DNA of 64,000 nt from Spirogloea muscicola (taxonomy: Eukaryota): NCBI GenBank assembly GCA_009602725.1, contig WELB01000011.1, positions 287,691-351,690 on the forward strand, read 5' to 3'. Positions 24,885 through 48,017 of the stretch are shown here, piece by piece. Position numbers and translations under genes: made by a program. The notes beneath the pieces are model-generated. The model was not told the DNA's origin and searched no databases. It saw only the letters and a program-made list of their open reading frames with translations. The first letter of the stretch is position 1; each line of letters opens with the position of its first letter.

Positions 24885-27800
24885 CGGCGACAACGGCGGT
24901 GGCGGTGGCGGGGGCGGCGGCGACGGCGGCGGCGACGTTGGCAACCCGATCGTCAGCCCCTCCAGCGTTGCGTCGAGCTGCCCGACGCCTTCGCCCCGCG
25001 CTGACGGGCAGGCGCCTGCGGCGTCGTCGGCGCAGCTGCCAAGCTTGGAGCGGGAGACCTCCACCGCCTCGGCGTTGGCCAGTTGGGGCCGGCCGCCGCC
25101 GGTGCTCGAGGCGGCGCCCAGCGCTGGAGGGCGACCGCCGCTGCCTGCAGCGGCGGTGCCCGGCCGCATCGGCGGCGGTCAGGGGCGTGACGGAGGTGGC
25201 GATGGCAGCCGGCCGTCTGCGCAGCTGGCGCGGGACTTGGAGGTGCTGTGGCAGCGCGTCACGGCGCCCAGCGCGGACAGCTCGACGACGGCGGCGGAGT
25301 CAACGACCGCCGAGAGCTCGCTCGACGAGCGCTGGGCTAGCCCTGCCGGCGCCTCCAGCCAGCTGGTCATGCAGGACATGCTCGACGACCCCCCCAACCG
25401 CTTCGTCAGCTCGGCGCAGGCGCCGGCAATGGACGTCACCGAGGAGGACTTCCTCCGTGGCCTTGACTGGCTCGTCCCCGCCTTTGACGACCTCGATGAC
25501 CTCCTGCTGCCTCCACCACCGCCAGCATTGGTGCCTCCATCGGCATCGGCTGTGGCCGCAACAGGCGCTCCAGTCGGGCAGTCGCCCATGCCGCCGCCTG
25601 TGCCGGCTCCTCCGCTGCCACCATTGCCTCAAGTGCTCTCGTCGGAGCCTCCACTGGCAGGCGCTGCTACAGGCGGCGTGATCCAGATGCTCGTGGCAGT
25701 TGCACATGCGATTGTAGAGGGCGACCCTGTCGCCGTGCAGCGGCTCATGGCAGACGTCAACGAGGTGGCATCGGTGTACGGGGATGCCTCTCAGCGCCTC
25801 TGCGCTTACTTCCTGGAGGGCCTGGTCGCACGAACGAGTAGCGGGGGCAAGTCAATTGATGAGTGCAGTGAGGCCGACGTGCCGCTCGAGTTCCATGAGC
25901 CCGACTGTGGCCGCCAGATCATGGAGGCCTTCCAGGTTCCTCCGTTGTGCTGCCACCATTACCAATAACCAAACCCATAGCTGCCGTCATTACCGGCATG
26001 TTCTGAAGGCTCTTGGAGACCTGACAGCCCGTCTCCGCTGCCATTCTGACGATTGCCAGGTGCTGGTCATGGCGAGCCCCTACCTGACATTTGGCCAGGT
26101 GGCAGCCAACAGCGCAATCTTGGAGGCCTTTGAGGCCGCGAGCCATGTCCACATTGTCGACTTTGGCATCGGCCACGCTATTCAGTGGCCCTCCATGATT
26201 CAGGTTCACCTCTGGCGTTGACCACAGCAGGAGCTTGGCAGCTTGCAAGCTCAGCAGGCACGGTTGGGCTGTCTATGCTAGCTGAGTCTGACATGGGTTG
26301 CAGTGACCATTTCCGTTGCAGGCCCTGGCTGCCAGGCCCGGTGGCCCGCCGTGCCTGCGGATGACAGCCATCGACCTGCCCGCGCTTCACAACTTGCGCG
26401 CCTACTGCATCCTCGAGGCCGGCGAGCGGCTGAAGGTTTCCACTCATCCCTCAAACACGCTTTATGTCCATACCATTATGATGCCAGCCACCCAAAGTGC
26501 TCCATCCTTGTACACAAGAAGCCTGCAGCAGGTAGGTCAAGGTGGTTAGCCTGCACTAATGGAGGTCCTGTCAGTGCAAAGTGCCAGCAAGAATGCACAG
26601 TCCCACTGTTTCATTGCACAACATGCGCTGACTATACCTCACCCAGTCACACTTGTGATGAGCCCAAGAAGAAGGCAACCCAAGCGCAGTCACTCCTTAG
26701 CACCTTGCCAATCTTGCAGTGCTGCTCCACAGCAGATGCGCTGATGCCTAGGAAGGGGGGGGGTGGTTTATATGTTGGGTTTGGCGGCTGCAGTCTGTGG
26801 CTGCAATGTGCAAGGTGCCGTTTGAGTACCAGGCCATTGGGCAGCGCATTGACCGCGTCAAGGCGAGCATGATCACGCTGCGGGCCAATGAGGTCCTTGC
26901 TGTCAACTGCTCCCTGCGCCTCCACCAGGTAGGCCCAAGATTCACCGAGGGCCCTCGCCGGTCTTGCTTGGTCACCAACGGACACATCACCTCATGAAGT
27001 ACTACTCCAGAGTCAGCTGTCTTGACAACCAAAGACAACCACAAGAATGTGGTAAACCTTGAGGTAAGCACATGGCTGTCTTACTTGCTCATCTAGCATG
27101 CTGCATTCTTCTAGACCTGAGTGGTGTAGTCAAAGAGCCTATGGTGCAGCTCCTGGATGAGACGGCAACACCGTCCAATCCCCGGAAAGGGGTTCTGAAG
27201 ATGATCCGCGAGCTCAACCCTTCGGTAGGTTATAGTACAGTGACTGCCACTGCCATACTCTGCAAACGAATATGTTTTCAGCTCCGCTGCTGGCCTGAGC
27301 TGAGGCTCCATTCATCAGGACAACCATTGTGCTACCCAGGACGCATGCACAAGACACCGTAAATATCAGTGTTCTAATGATGGTGGTGGTCATGGCCTCA
27401 TTGCTGTGATTGCAGATTGTGACACTGGTGGAGCAGAATGCGCACACCAACTCGCCATTCTTCCTTGCTCGCTTCTACGAGGCGCTCTTCTACTATGCCG
27501 GCGTCTTTGAGTCAATTGATGCCTCCATACCTCGCTACATTGCTGAACGACGGCTCTACGAGCAGCGAGTCTGTAGCTGCCTCATGGACTTGAATCATGG
27601 CCCAGCATCCTTACTGCTGCAGTAAATCGGACTGTGTCAAATTTCAGTGGTTGCAGGTTGCAGTGACAGGCGATAGCCCAAGCTTAGCCAGCTTTGGCGA
27701 CTGCATGCACAGGTGTTGGGCCGAGCAATCGTGAACGTCATTGCATGCGAAGGCAAGGACCGCGTGGAGCGCCAGGAGCCACTCGGTGTGTGGCAGCGGC

Positions 27801-28253
27801 GATTTATGCGCGCAGGCTTTGTGGGCCGGCCACTCAGCGAGAAGGTTGTGGCCACGGTCCAGGTCTGCACCTCCCTCCCTTGAGCTGGCAGACATTTGAT
27901 ACCAGTCGTGCTCACATGGAGAAGATGGGCAGCTCGATGCTGCGCTGAATGAAGTAGATGCAGCACTTTGTACTTGATGGTTGTATAGGAATGATCAGAC
28001 AGTGGAAATAGCAGTGACCAAGAGTTGCCCCATCTCCATAAGAAAACGAAAGAGAAAGCATGAGATGGTCTCCTGATGTGGAGCAGCCTGTGCAAGTGAC
28101 CAGGGCTTGCTGGCCGTGTACCGTGAGGGGTATGGGCTGCATGGGATGGGGGAGAACAGCCTTATCCTCAGCTGGCAAGACCGCTCGTTGCTTGCAATGT
28201 CGGCATGGCAGCCCGATGTGGGCATCCCACAGCCAGGAGCAGCAACACCTTAG
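24885..28253 (+). CDS. GRAS-domain transcription regulator, 5' end in or before the gap; seven introns within the GRAS domain
   Basis: Exons ..-25935, 26060-26203, 26322-26435, 26794-26928, 27150-27224, 27416-27568, 27713-27862, 28104-28253. Motifs: GDASQRLCAYFLEGLVAR, ANSAILEAFE..VHIVDFGIGHAIQWP, RFYEALFYYAGVFESID, IACEGKDRVERQE..W..RAGF, W.DRSLLAMSAW. Confidence 0.95.
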
Positions 28254-28739
28254 GTTAGGACCACGCAATACATTCCCTTCAAGATAACGGCTTCCTTTGT
28301 TGACAATTAAGCTGCTTCCTCTATACTTCACACCCATTGATGCTAGACATGCTGCTAGTGCAACACTTCTCAACTTTTAATCTTGCAACAAATACACCCC
28401 TATTGATCAATCTATTCCCGATTGCATACCATGAGCAGGATCTGTTCTAACCACCACAGCTACTTGCCCCAAGAATGTGCACCCAAGACATTTGCACGAG
28501 CTTGTGTGTATGAATGGCAGTCTTGTGTACACAGGGTTCGCAGGGAATGGCTTCATAGTCTCTTTGCTCTATTACAACGCCAACTGCAGTCACTCCATGT
28601 GTAGTAAGGCAAATTACTCAGAAGTCATCAACCATCTAATAGTAATGCACATGCAAACTTGATGTGTAAGAGCTGGTTCTTTTCTTTCTTGCCAGAGTGT
28701 CAGCCACGACCACATCCCGTAGGAAAGCAGCCGTCATCC

Positions 28740-30130
28740 TTGACAGCTTGGGCTGGCCTCTATTCTTTCAGAGCCATCGGGCCCTCTAAGGAAGACCTTT
28801 CTTTTTTCTTTCTTCCATACACCTATCACTTGCATAGCTTGCATACCTTAGTCCAAGTATTTTGGGCTGTCCTTTCACAGCCCTCGCCCCCTTTGGAAGA
28901 GGGTTTTCTTCATTTCTTCTTCGGCCTTACAACCCCTTCTGTAAGCAGTGCTTTATATTTTGTCACCCACTGTCCCCCTTAGTTGTGCTTTTGCCCTGCT
29001 CCCTTAGCCCTTAGGTAGCGAAGGGCTTTGCATTGTGTAGTCCCATATCTTGACTACAGAGTCTCGCCTGACCAGTGTTCTGGCTCGGCTTGGCCTCCCT
29101 TCCCTTTCATGAGCACCACGCGCCTTCCCTTTCGAAGCGAGCTAACCAGAAAGGGCAATGGCTGTCAAAGGCTATCTCAAAAGCATTAGATAAGGTCCGA
29201 AAGGACCGAAAAGGCTAGATGATTCAAATAGTTGGTGAGATACTAGAGTTCTTACTTCGAATGGAATCTCCCTAGTCAGCAGCCGCGCACCTTCTCTTTC
29301 ACAGCCACCGCCCCCACCTTGTACGAGCTCTTTGCCCTATGTAGGAGCAGCACCAGCAGAAATAAAGAAAGCGCGCGATGCGTATGAATTGTATGGAAGG
29401 CCAAATCTAGCCAAGCATTGTTCATGCAAAAGGGAACGAGGCGCGCGACGCGCATGAGATGAAAGGGAGGCCAAACAATGCCGATATGATCCACCGTGTA
29501 AGAGAGGAAGACTCCTCCAGTGCTTTCCCTGGCCCCTTCGACCTTCGTTCTTTTTCATTCTTTGTCTGGGCTGGCCTCTCCCAGCCAGCGCTGGCCACGC
29601 AGTGGGCGGTGCAGAACAAAGAAAGCTGCAGCACTACTCCGATTACCCCCAATGCGATCAGCTTCTGCCAGCGGCAGTCGACATCTTTGGCTGTCTGGGT
29701 CCTCATTTCCACACTCTCCTTCAGAACATTGCTAATCTAGGCTACACACGACATGCAGATGTGTTTCCGGCTGAGATGGGCTTGCCAGCTGCTTATCTGT
29801 CGTTCTTGCGATGACGAGTTTCAGCCTGTTTGCAGCGTGCTCAGGCTAATGCCTTGCATCAGAAAGCTGGGCGAGCTCTAATTGGTAGCAGAAGGGCTTC
29901 GTATCTAACATCTAATATTCAGGCATCGATTAGCTACCTTGATGTTTTGACCCGTGGTTACTGAGCGGGTCAATCTGCAGTAGGTTATGTAGGTCTTTAG
30001 ATGTGCTTGCCTTTGTACTTAGCCATTTGGCCTTCGTTTGTTTCAAATACTCTAAATCTCCTGGAAGAGTCTTTCTCTCCAGTAGAGGGCGATGAATATG
30101 ATTGGCCAGCCCAGAAGTAAAGAATGAACA
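28740..30130. mobile_element. RLE-LINE cluster including a plus-strand RLE fragment with 3' UTR (29585-30050)
   Basis: GGAEQRKLQHYSDYPQCDQLLPAAVDIFGCLGPHF..LR*RVSACLQRAQANALH..SYLDVLTRGY*; ~460 bp inverted paralog of 6060-6520, flanked by several hairpin tails. Confidence 0.8.
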
Positions 30131-30739
30131 GTGTTCGAAGGAAAGAAGCATAAAGGGGATCAGAGTAATTTCTGATTGCATTGCTCTTGGTTCAGAGGAA
30201 CTCCTGGATGGACTCAGAGCAAGTCAAAGTTCACTTACCCGGCATCAAACCCTCTTATCATCAAGTATTGTGCGCTATATATCAGCGTAAAACCTGGCCC
30301 GATAAAATATACGCGGATGGTACTAGAGAGTATCTTAGATGTGCTTGAGGATCTTTGCTAGGCGACAATACTGTCCCATAGGTGGTTCTACTCTCGCAAT
30401 TGCATTGACGAATACCGGACCACGAATCTTGCGGTGCGACTCGTGCTTCGTCAACAGCAACATCGCCGTCGTCAAGCCGAGACTGTTAGAAAGTAGGGAG
30501 CTCCTCCAGAACAAACAACAAGCGGGGGGGCAGTGAAAAGCCAGCCCAGCAACCAGCACCCCGGATCATGGCGCACAGTTACTACCACAACATTGTGTAC
30601 GCGAATGCATTCCTATGGTCGAAGTACACAAGGCATCAAGCAGCTACGAAACACGCAGTAACCTTTATCCTTCTTGCGGTGGGGGTCATGGGCTGAAGAG
30701 GGTCGCGTTCACGGTAGTATCGCAGCTGGCTTTGATAAA

Positions 30740-31550
30740 TAAAGAGAATGTGCTTGCCCACAGAGAAGAAGGGCTGCCAAAGCCAGCCCAATAAGAATGG
30801 AGAATGTCCAAAGCCAAAGAAAGAGGTATCGAAAAAGGACCACACTACAGAACAGTACACTACGAAATACGACGATGCAGAGGGAAGCTCAGTACCCGCG
30901 AGTGAGCAACATCAGGTCGGAGTAGCTCGCTGCAGATAGCCCAACGAATGGGCGAGCACTTTCTTCAACGAAGAAGCCGTGGATCAAGAAATGCCAGTCG
31001 TGGGGTGAGAGACCTAATCTGCGAGTGCTGAGCTTTTCTTGGGCTTTTGGAGTGGCACGTTGGCCTCTCACAGCTGAGTGGTCCATCCTCCCCCAGTTCT
31101 GACATAGCTTCTTCAGGCCCCTTCGTCTTCCCTGCAGCCGGGTCGCTGGCGCAAGTGTATCGAATGCGCCTGGCCGTCTCGCTGCAGAGGTCCATGGCCC
31201 GGGCGCTGCACCTTCGTCCCGGCAGAGCCCTCGCTGCTGCCTCTGGCTCTGGCCAGGGGACCCACTTCCAGGAGCCCAGCATCTCTGATCTGCGGCTGCT
31301 TAGCAGGGGTTACTGAGTGTCTTGTAGCAGCTTTGTTTCTGTTACTTAGCGCTTCCCCTGGCCCCCTTCTCGTACTCTGTTCATTCTTTTTCGGGCTGGT
31401 TGTTCCAGCCCCTATTCTCAATGGGCGAGCACTTTCTTCGTAGCTGCTAAGGGTTTTTGGCCCCTTCCGAGCTTTTGTCAATTATTTTCGGGCAGGCTTT
31501 TCACAGCCCTTGCCCCTGTTGGAAGTGCCACTTCTTTCACAGCCACTGCT
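30740..31550. mobile_element. Divergent RLE-LINE 3' ends; young plus-strand copy at ~31135-31440
   Basis: Minus: SYSDLMLLTRGY* (stop 30889). Plus: LAQVYRMRLAVSLQRSMARALHLR..SISDLRLLSRGY* (stop 31316), then 3' UTR, GGGCTGG-TTGTT-CCAGCCC hairpin and a CACTTTCTTC end. Confidence 0.8.
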
Positions 31551-32358
31551 GTCAATGTGGAAGCGTTGTTGCTTTAGCAGTGTTGTGGAGAAGGCGGCGG
31601 CGGTTGGAAGGTAGACCACTCGGCGACAGCCACGCAGGCCACGGAAGGTAGACGCGCCGTCATGACGCCACATAAGCCAATCGTGTTAGCCAGATAAGGG
31701 TCCGCACAGACAGGTGAAAGCGTGGACGCTTAGATTTCTCAAAACACCCAGGTTGCTGATTGTGGGCAAGGGGACTACGTGCTCATTCACGACGCAGCGC
31801 AAGCCCAAAATGGAAAGCAAGATACGGATGAAGTTGGCAATTTCAAGCGAGGGCGAGGGCTGCGAAAAGCCAGCCCAGAACCAGCACGCGGCTTCATGGC
31901 GCACAGTCGACACCACGGCCATCGTGTACGCGGTATTGTTCGTGCAGAAGGGGTCATGGGCTGAAGAAGGTTCGGGTTCACATTTTGATATGCTACAAGA
32001 AGATCTCCGCAGCAGGTACGACCAATGAATATATGACACGTCGTCATGCCAGAGCCCCCCCGCTCCGCGGGCCGGGGGTCGGGAGCGCGCCACGCGGGCG
32101 ACCGGCGGAGCCCCTCATCCGGCGGCGGCCAATGGCGGCCCTGGCCTAGGCCCCCGCCCCCCCTCCTTCACCCCCCTCCCCGGCGGGTCCCCAGTCACCT
32201 TTCCAGAGCCTGCCTCCACGGTGGCGCCTGCATTGGGGCCTCCCCTCCCTCCCCGCCAGCGGCCCATCCGCTTTCCGCGCCTCTGCCGCAACCGTGCCCC
32301 CCTCCCTCCTCCCCCTCGAATTTCCCCTTACTATGGGCCAGCGCTCCGACCCTCCATN

Positions 32359-32734
32359 GCGCGCGTCGCTGGCCCGGGACGCCGGCAAGGCCTTCGTGGC
32401 CGCCGGCGCCACGCTCCTCCTCGCCGCCGGCGCCAACGCCGCGACCGTGAAGATGGGCAAGGACGACGGCTCCCTCGCCTTCGAGCCCGCCTCCCTCTCC
32501 GTTAAGGCCGGCGAGACCATCGTGTTCAAGAACAACGCGGGCTTCCCCCACAACATCGTCTTCGACGAGGACGCCGTCCCCTCCGGCGTCGACGCCAACG
32601 CCATCTCCCACAGCGACCTCGTGAATGCCGCTGGCGAGGAGGTGAAGGTGACCCTCAGCAAGGCGGGCACATACGAGTACTACTGTGAGCCCCACCAGGG
32701 CGCCGGCATGGCCGGCACCATCACCGTGTCCTGA
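32359..32734 (+). CDS. petE: Plastocyanin precursor (N-terminus lost at the N at 32358)
   Basis: Thylakoid signal ending [18 protein letters not shown] and [13 protein letters not shown]; the His, Cys, His, Met copper ligands are present; no introns in the visible part. Confidence 0.97.
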
Positions 32735-33422
32735 GCCCCACGCCTTGGGGGTGCACGCAGCCCCCAGCTGCTGACCCTTCTGGCAGCAATGCAGGGCGCC
32801 GGCCTATAGAGGTGTCAATTGACATGTAAAATGAAAACAACCTGTGGACATTCTTAATTATTTTTCCTTCACCTTTGCAGCCATGCCCATGTTGTTCTCA
32901 TCCTCTGTTCACCTCGACCTGTGCGTATCTGGTAAAATGCGGGGGATAGGAAGGACCTTGTTCGTGGCGCAATAAGAGAAAGGATGGCGAGGCTGTCATG
33001 GTGGTAATGTCTACTTCCAATCTTGACGGAAACAAAGCCGACTATGGTCTCTAGGTCTGTGATTGATCCTACTGAGCAGCAGGGGTTTGGATCTGAAATT
33101 ACAGATTCCAAAGTGAAGATCTACAGGGACTATGTGCTACGGTCACGAGAGTAGACACAAGTGCAAGCATAGTCTCAAGTTTCTACTCCACAAGCAGCGC
33201 AGCTTGAAAAACAAGGCTGTCAAAGTGTGTTCTGTTCATTATGTCACAGGAGCTGTTGGCAAATTAAAGTAATCGCATTTTGGTAATGCAAGGCTAAGGC
33301 TTTGAAGCGCTGGAGCAGTTTTCAGTGCTGCTTCTGACCAGACTGCCCATACTCTGGACTTCATCAGACACGTTCCCATCTGAAGCTCCTACTTGCCGGC
33401 TTTTCTCTCTCGCCGATGCTCA

Positions 33423-33492
33423 TTTAATCTGCCTACCTTCTCTTTCTGTGAGGTGCTTTAATCTGCCTACCTTCTCTTTCTGTGAGGTGCTT
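33423..33492. repeat. Two-copy tandem repeat, 34-bp unit
   Basis: ttaatctgcctaccttctctttctgtgaggtgct occurs twice. Confidence 0.85.
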
Positions 33493-34899
33493 CTGCACCT
33501 GTGTGTCTAGACGGGTCGTCTGATGCACTTTGAAGGTAATCGCTCCAGTCGAACCATGCGCTTAAATGTCACCATACTCGAATGAGCAGGTAGCCGCTCT
33601 CACATATTGAGCAGGCAGCGGAAAATAGACTTCCACGATGAGGCAATGGCTGCTAGAGGCCAGCCAAAAAGGAAAACAAGGTCCAGAAGGGCCGGATGCG
33701 GAAACCATAAGTCACTCCCAAGGCTTCTTCGGATGGACGCTCAGTGGCAGGCAAAGGCAGGAAAGAATGTTGCACGACTCTTCAGAGGAGGACGGTGATG
33801 TTCGAAGGCCAGTGAAAGGTAGTCAATCAACGGGGACTCTTGGAATGAGCTCTTGGATTGAGTGGGGGTGTGATCACCTGGTGGCAAGGTTTGCTTGTAT
33901 ATACGGAATAGGTCACATAAAAATGTAAGTGATGTAGCAAGACCCAGAGAGCCGCGACAGTAGATCAACTTGTCTATCATGCAGTGATATCACAATGCAG
34001 TAACTGTCATCATAAGCTTGACTGGTCGCATACTCAACAGGTCATAAACCCATGACCTTGCAAGTTGCAAAGCTATACCAGATTACATCAGAGGCACGTT
34101 CACTTGGCAAGAAATTTATCGAGCATGTGAGTCAGGGGACATGCCAAAGATTTGTGCGCTTACCAAGGACAGAAAGATAGATGTCCTCATTGTCTTGATC
34201 GAAGATCATTTATCAACGTCAACCATGTCATCCTCGTCATGGCTATGTCCTGTTGAGTACACGTGCATAGTGTCATCCATAGAAGCAAATACTGCGCTCG
34301 ACTAGTTGACTTGCTGCATAGGTGCATGCAATTGTCTGGACGGTCCACCATCTTGTGGTACACGGTGAGCATGACAGCTTGTCAGTCTCTAACAAAGCAC
34401 GACTGAGCAAGATGAGACACATGGCTCTCGCGTTCTCCTGCGGGCCCTCAAGAGCGTGCATACAATGTCAACCACGTGCAGGGACTGCTGGTTTGCTTGA
34501 CTGCAAAGTTAGTTATGCATTCATCAAGATGACTTACATCCAAGACAAGCAGTGGCTACGAACGGCCAATTGAGAAGAGAGTGACTTCACATGATAGATA
34601 ACATGCTTTCGGTCGACACCTTTCCACAGCTCTGATGTGAAGATTGACGCTTGTATAGATGTGTTACTTGCTCATATGTCTCTGTTCAGCACATCCAAGC
34701 TGGTCGGCCGGCAGCGGCTTACACGACTAAGCCTTGCTAGGCAGTAACATACCTGTTTATCAAGACAGGAACCATCAGTAGGACTTGTCAGTGCACTGTC
34801 GTCAACATCCTCCAAAATGGAGCCTAAGTATACGCACTTTCCGGCCGGACATACATTGTCCAGATTACTAGACTCGGGCTAGATTTCATAACTCTCGTC

Positions 34900-35270
34900 C
34901 CCTTCTTGCCTATGTACTTGGCCATTTGGCCTACGTTTGTTTCAAACACACGAGATTCTTCTTTTAGTGGATGCTTACATTCACAGCCATTGCCACCCAA
35001 GAGCTTCCAATGTTGAAGAGCTATAGGGAAAGGCGCGCGGTGCGCATGGAATGAAAGGGAGGCAAATGTAGGCCAATTATCTGTACAAGCAAAAGCTAGT
35101 GCAGAAAGTGGGGCTACATAAAGCCTATGCGAATGGCAGCTGAGGTAACATTGTGAATGCAGGCTGAAAAGAGACGTCAGTACATGCAAACGAGCACATG
35201 GTGAGCACATGCAAGTCCGACAGGCTAAGTTGGGAGCCAGAGCACGGACCCCTGAAGCCACTTTCCAACC
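34900..35270. mobile_element. Tail-to-tail RLE-LINE 3' remnants
   Basis: Plus 34905-34950 matches the TGTACTTGGCCATTTGGCC tail. Minus 35270-35020 reads QLSLSDLHVLT.. followed by the CCTCCCTTTCA..CATGCGC..CGCGCGCCTT tail also seen at ~56870. Confidence 0.6.
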
Positions 35271-35552
35271 AGAGCTAGAAATCAATTAGAACACGAATCT
35301 GGAGATCAGGCCTTCAACAGGCCCGCCCCACTCTGCCCAACCACCCTAACCCCGCCCTAGTCCCCTTGTCCCGGACTCCCCCGTCGACGCCGCGCGGCCG
35401 CCACCGCCGCCGCCGCCGCCATTGTTGGCCGCCTTGCGAGCTTAGCGAGCTGACAGCATCTGTGCCGGCGGAACGATGGCCGTGTTGTGGCTGCGAGCGC
35501 ATTGCCTGGGGCCGGCTGCCTAGCACACGGGTCGAAGTGCTGCTCGGCCACC

Positions 35553-45232
<9,680 letters not shown>

Positions 45233-48017
45233 AGCTCTTGCAATCACCAACTATTCCTTCATTCATTGTAGGTAGCTGCTAGACACGTGCCACTACTGAG
45301 AAGGGCTGCATACAAATATCATGCCTGCGCGCTAAACCTTAGTTGCACAAGTCAGTGCACAGGTCGTCCACCTTTGTGTAAAGGCAGCCCATAGCTCAGT
45401 GCAATCTGTTCCCAGTTCATGTTGAGTGCAGAATACGTCAGAAGGGCAGTATGCCAAGTTGGGGCTGCAGATCAACCCACGCTTCCACCATTGATAGTGC
45501 AGAATTGCGAGCAAGAGTGACGAGGACAGTCCGCCTCGAGATTCACACTCACACCCGGGCTTGCAGCGAGCGGGCTGCCATGGACGTTGGTCAGGGTCCG
45601 CCGAGCCGCCTGCCATGACGCTGGCAGCTACCCGTGCCGCTGCTTGCACCTGAGGGCGTCGGTGGCAGCCGAGATCCTGGCAATGGTGACTGCAGTGGCC
45701 AAGCGTAGCGTGCCGCTCGGGGGCAAAGCGGAGCCGGCAGCGCCGCCAGGGGCTGTTGTTGGAGCAACCCACTTGGCCTTGTCTGTGAGTTGTGCGTCAC
45801 GGGTGGTGCGCCAAGGGGCGCCAGCGCATGTGCCCTACAATGCTGCCGCCACCGTAGTTGCCGGCAGTGCTGGGCTTTGTGCAAGTACTGGCGTAAGTCG
45901 ACTAGCGGCCTTTGTGGCCTTCTGTAGTCCTCAGAAGAACTCTCAGGAAGTGTGCTTTGGTTGGACTTGGCTGCGGTGACAAGGGCTCATCAGCCGTTGC
46001 TTGTTGAGGTGGACAAACTTTCAGGGGTATGTCATGATGACACGCTTCCGTGGTCAACCTAAAAGGCAATGGCTGCGAGGGCCAGTTGGATAGATCAGAC
46101 AATTGACAGAATCTGGTCCAGAGTATTTGGTGAGAAAGCCATTCCACAGCTTCACTTCTTGAAAGAAGAAGTAGAGTATGTTCGAACATGTATGCTTGGC
46201 TTGCTTGTGATGGATTGCTTGTATGCCTTTCATACAGCCAGTGGTACAAGATCGCACCAAGAAATGGTGCCTGGAGGCAGAGAATATGACATGGTAAACG
46301 TGACGACAAGCAACAAAGATTTCACTTATTGATGATTTCTCCTGTAGTAGACTGTCATTGACACGAAGATGCTGAGAGAAGGGAAAGGCTGCGGAGGGGG
46401 GAGTTCGGAAGTGAGGCAAGCAGGCTAGGCAGTGCTAGCATCAAGGATGTTCACGCGCTGATCCCAAAGACTTCGTTCAAGACATTATTTACATGTCTGC
46501 TAAACAGCCTGAAGCCAGATCATGAAGCCACCTGACTGCCAAAGACATCCAGATTGGTGCGCACCAATAAGGGTGCTGCGAGTATGTTCACGCGCCACCC
46601 GTCCAAGCCTGCGAAATTGATAAGCTCGCTCGCTTCTGTTGCATGGGACAGATCAGAGGGTAGTAACTTCTCCGTGTTTGGAAGCCCTAGACCAGATAAC
46701 ATGGTTCATATTGTGAAGATGCATAACAGAGCCTCCCATGATATTCTTATATCTACTCAATTGCTCAAGACCTTGTAAATAGCAATCAGTGGAGCTTGAG
46801 CAGGAGCTTCAACAAACCCGTGACCTGAGGCAACATACACATCAGATAATGATATAAAGTGAACAGGGCAATCAAAGTTGGTGCAATTATGTACTCAGCA
46901 GATCAATTCTTGGCCAAGAGCAATTCAAGTTGAACATGCCTCTGCTCTTGCTGACATGTCACTTTGATCCTACTTTGAGGCCAAAGCAGCAATAAGAGGG
47001 AGAGAAGGTCGATGTGAAGGCAGGTAAGAAGCACGCAATGAAAGCAGCTCCTCGAGTGTACAACACATGATGCATCTGCCGCTTAGCTGGCTGTTTGTGC
47101 TGTCACTGCCTTCCTAAAGCAGCGCAACTCAGTTCCACCAGAGTTCTAGCTCTGTGCTGCCCATTGTGCCCATCAACTCCACCACTTCAGTGAGGCCAGA
47201 TTCGCAGTGTGTTGGAGGAGCCATGTCGAAAACACTATCCAATGTGATGCCAAAGCATTCGAGGGTACAGTGCTCCTTCAGCACTATGCATTCATTGCAA
47301 TCTGAGTACCTGTCTGATGTGACTCAGTGCCACTTACAGTAACTCTCATGTATGACATTGCTTGCTGCTGTGCCCATGTTGTGAAACCAGATCACAAGGG
47401 CCGGCCAAACAGTTTGGTAAGAAGATCTGTCAACAGTAGATTCAGTCCACCAAAAGACATCTCCTGATAAAGGAGATATCAGGCAATACCAGGAGATATC
47501 AAATATCAGAAATGTGTTCATGTAGCCAATCAGGAAAGCGAGCTTTCCTCCACCTCTTGGAAAATCAGCACCAAGCCTGTGAGCTCAGGATGTCAAGTCA
47601 GACTCCACTTGCATCTGGTGAGAAGATAAGGAATGCCAATCCGGCCTGCACTTCCTCTGGCTCTGAGGTAGGCGCCTGTCTGACGAGTGTTGCCTGCCAT
47701 ACAGAATAATTATAGTCAAATTAGGTCACAGTGACAAAGCTAAGGGCCGCAGCACCAACAGGAGCAGCAGGATTTTGCAAAGATGCTGCAAGGAAGTCAC
47801 ATTGACCTTGCTCTGGGACAGAAGTTGAAGCCGTGGTCTGCGGAAATCTCGCTTCAAAGATTAGGTTGCTGGGCCTGCAGCCGTGCCTGAGACTGTAGCT
47901 GACAGGAACTTTGAGCCTCTTCAACCCCGAATCCGCTGACAGCCATCGTCATCTTTTCGTGCTTGTAAGACTTGCTCCGCTACTTTGCTTGCAAGCTCGG
48001 CATGTGACTCGACGAGT

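Noticed and set aside
32294..32358. Unusual plastocyanin lacking a stromal transit peptide
   Set aside because: The N at 32358 probably marks collapsed sequence.
33600..34800. Possible minus-strand gene
   Set aside because: Splice-like signals are present, but I found no consistent open frame or recognisable motif.
46500..47950. Possible extra exons or gene downstream of the kinase
   Set aside because: Only short frames with stops; no family recognised.
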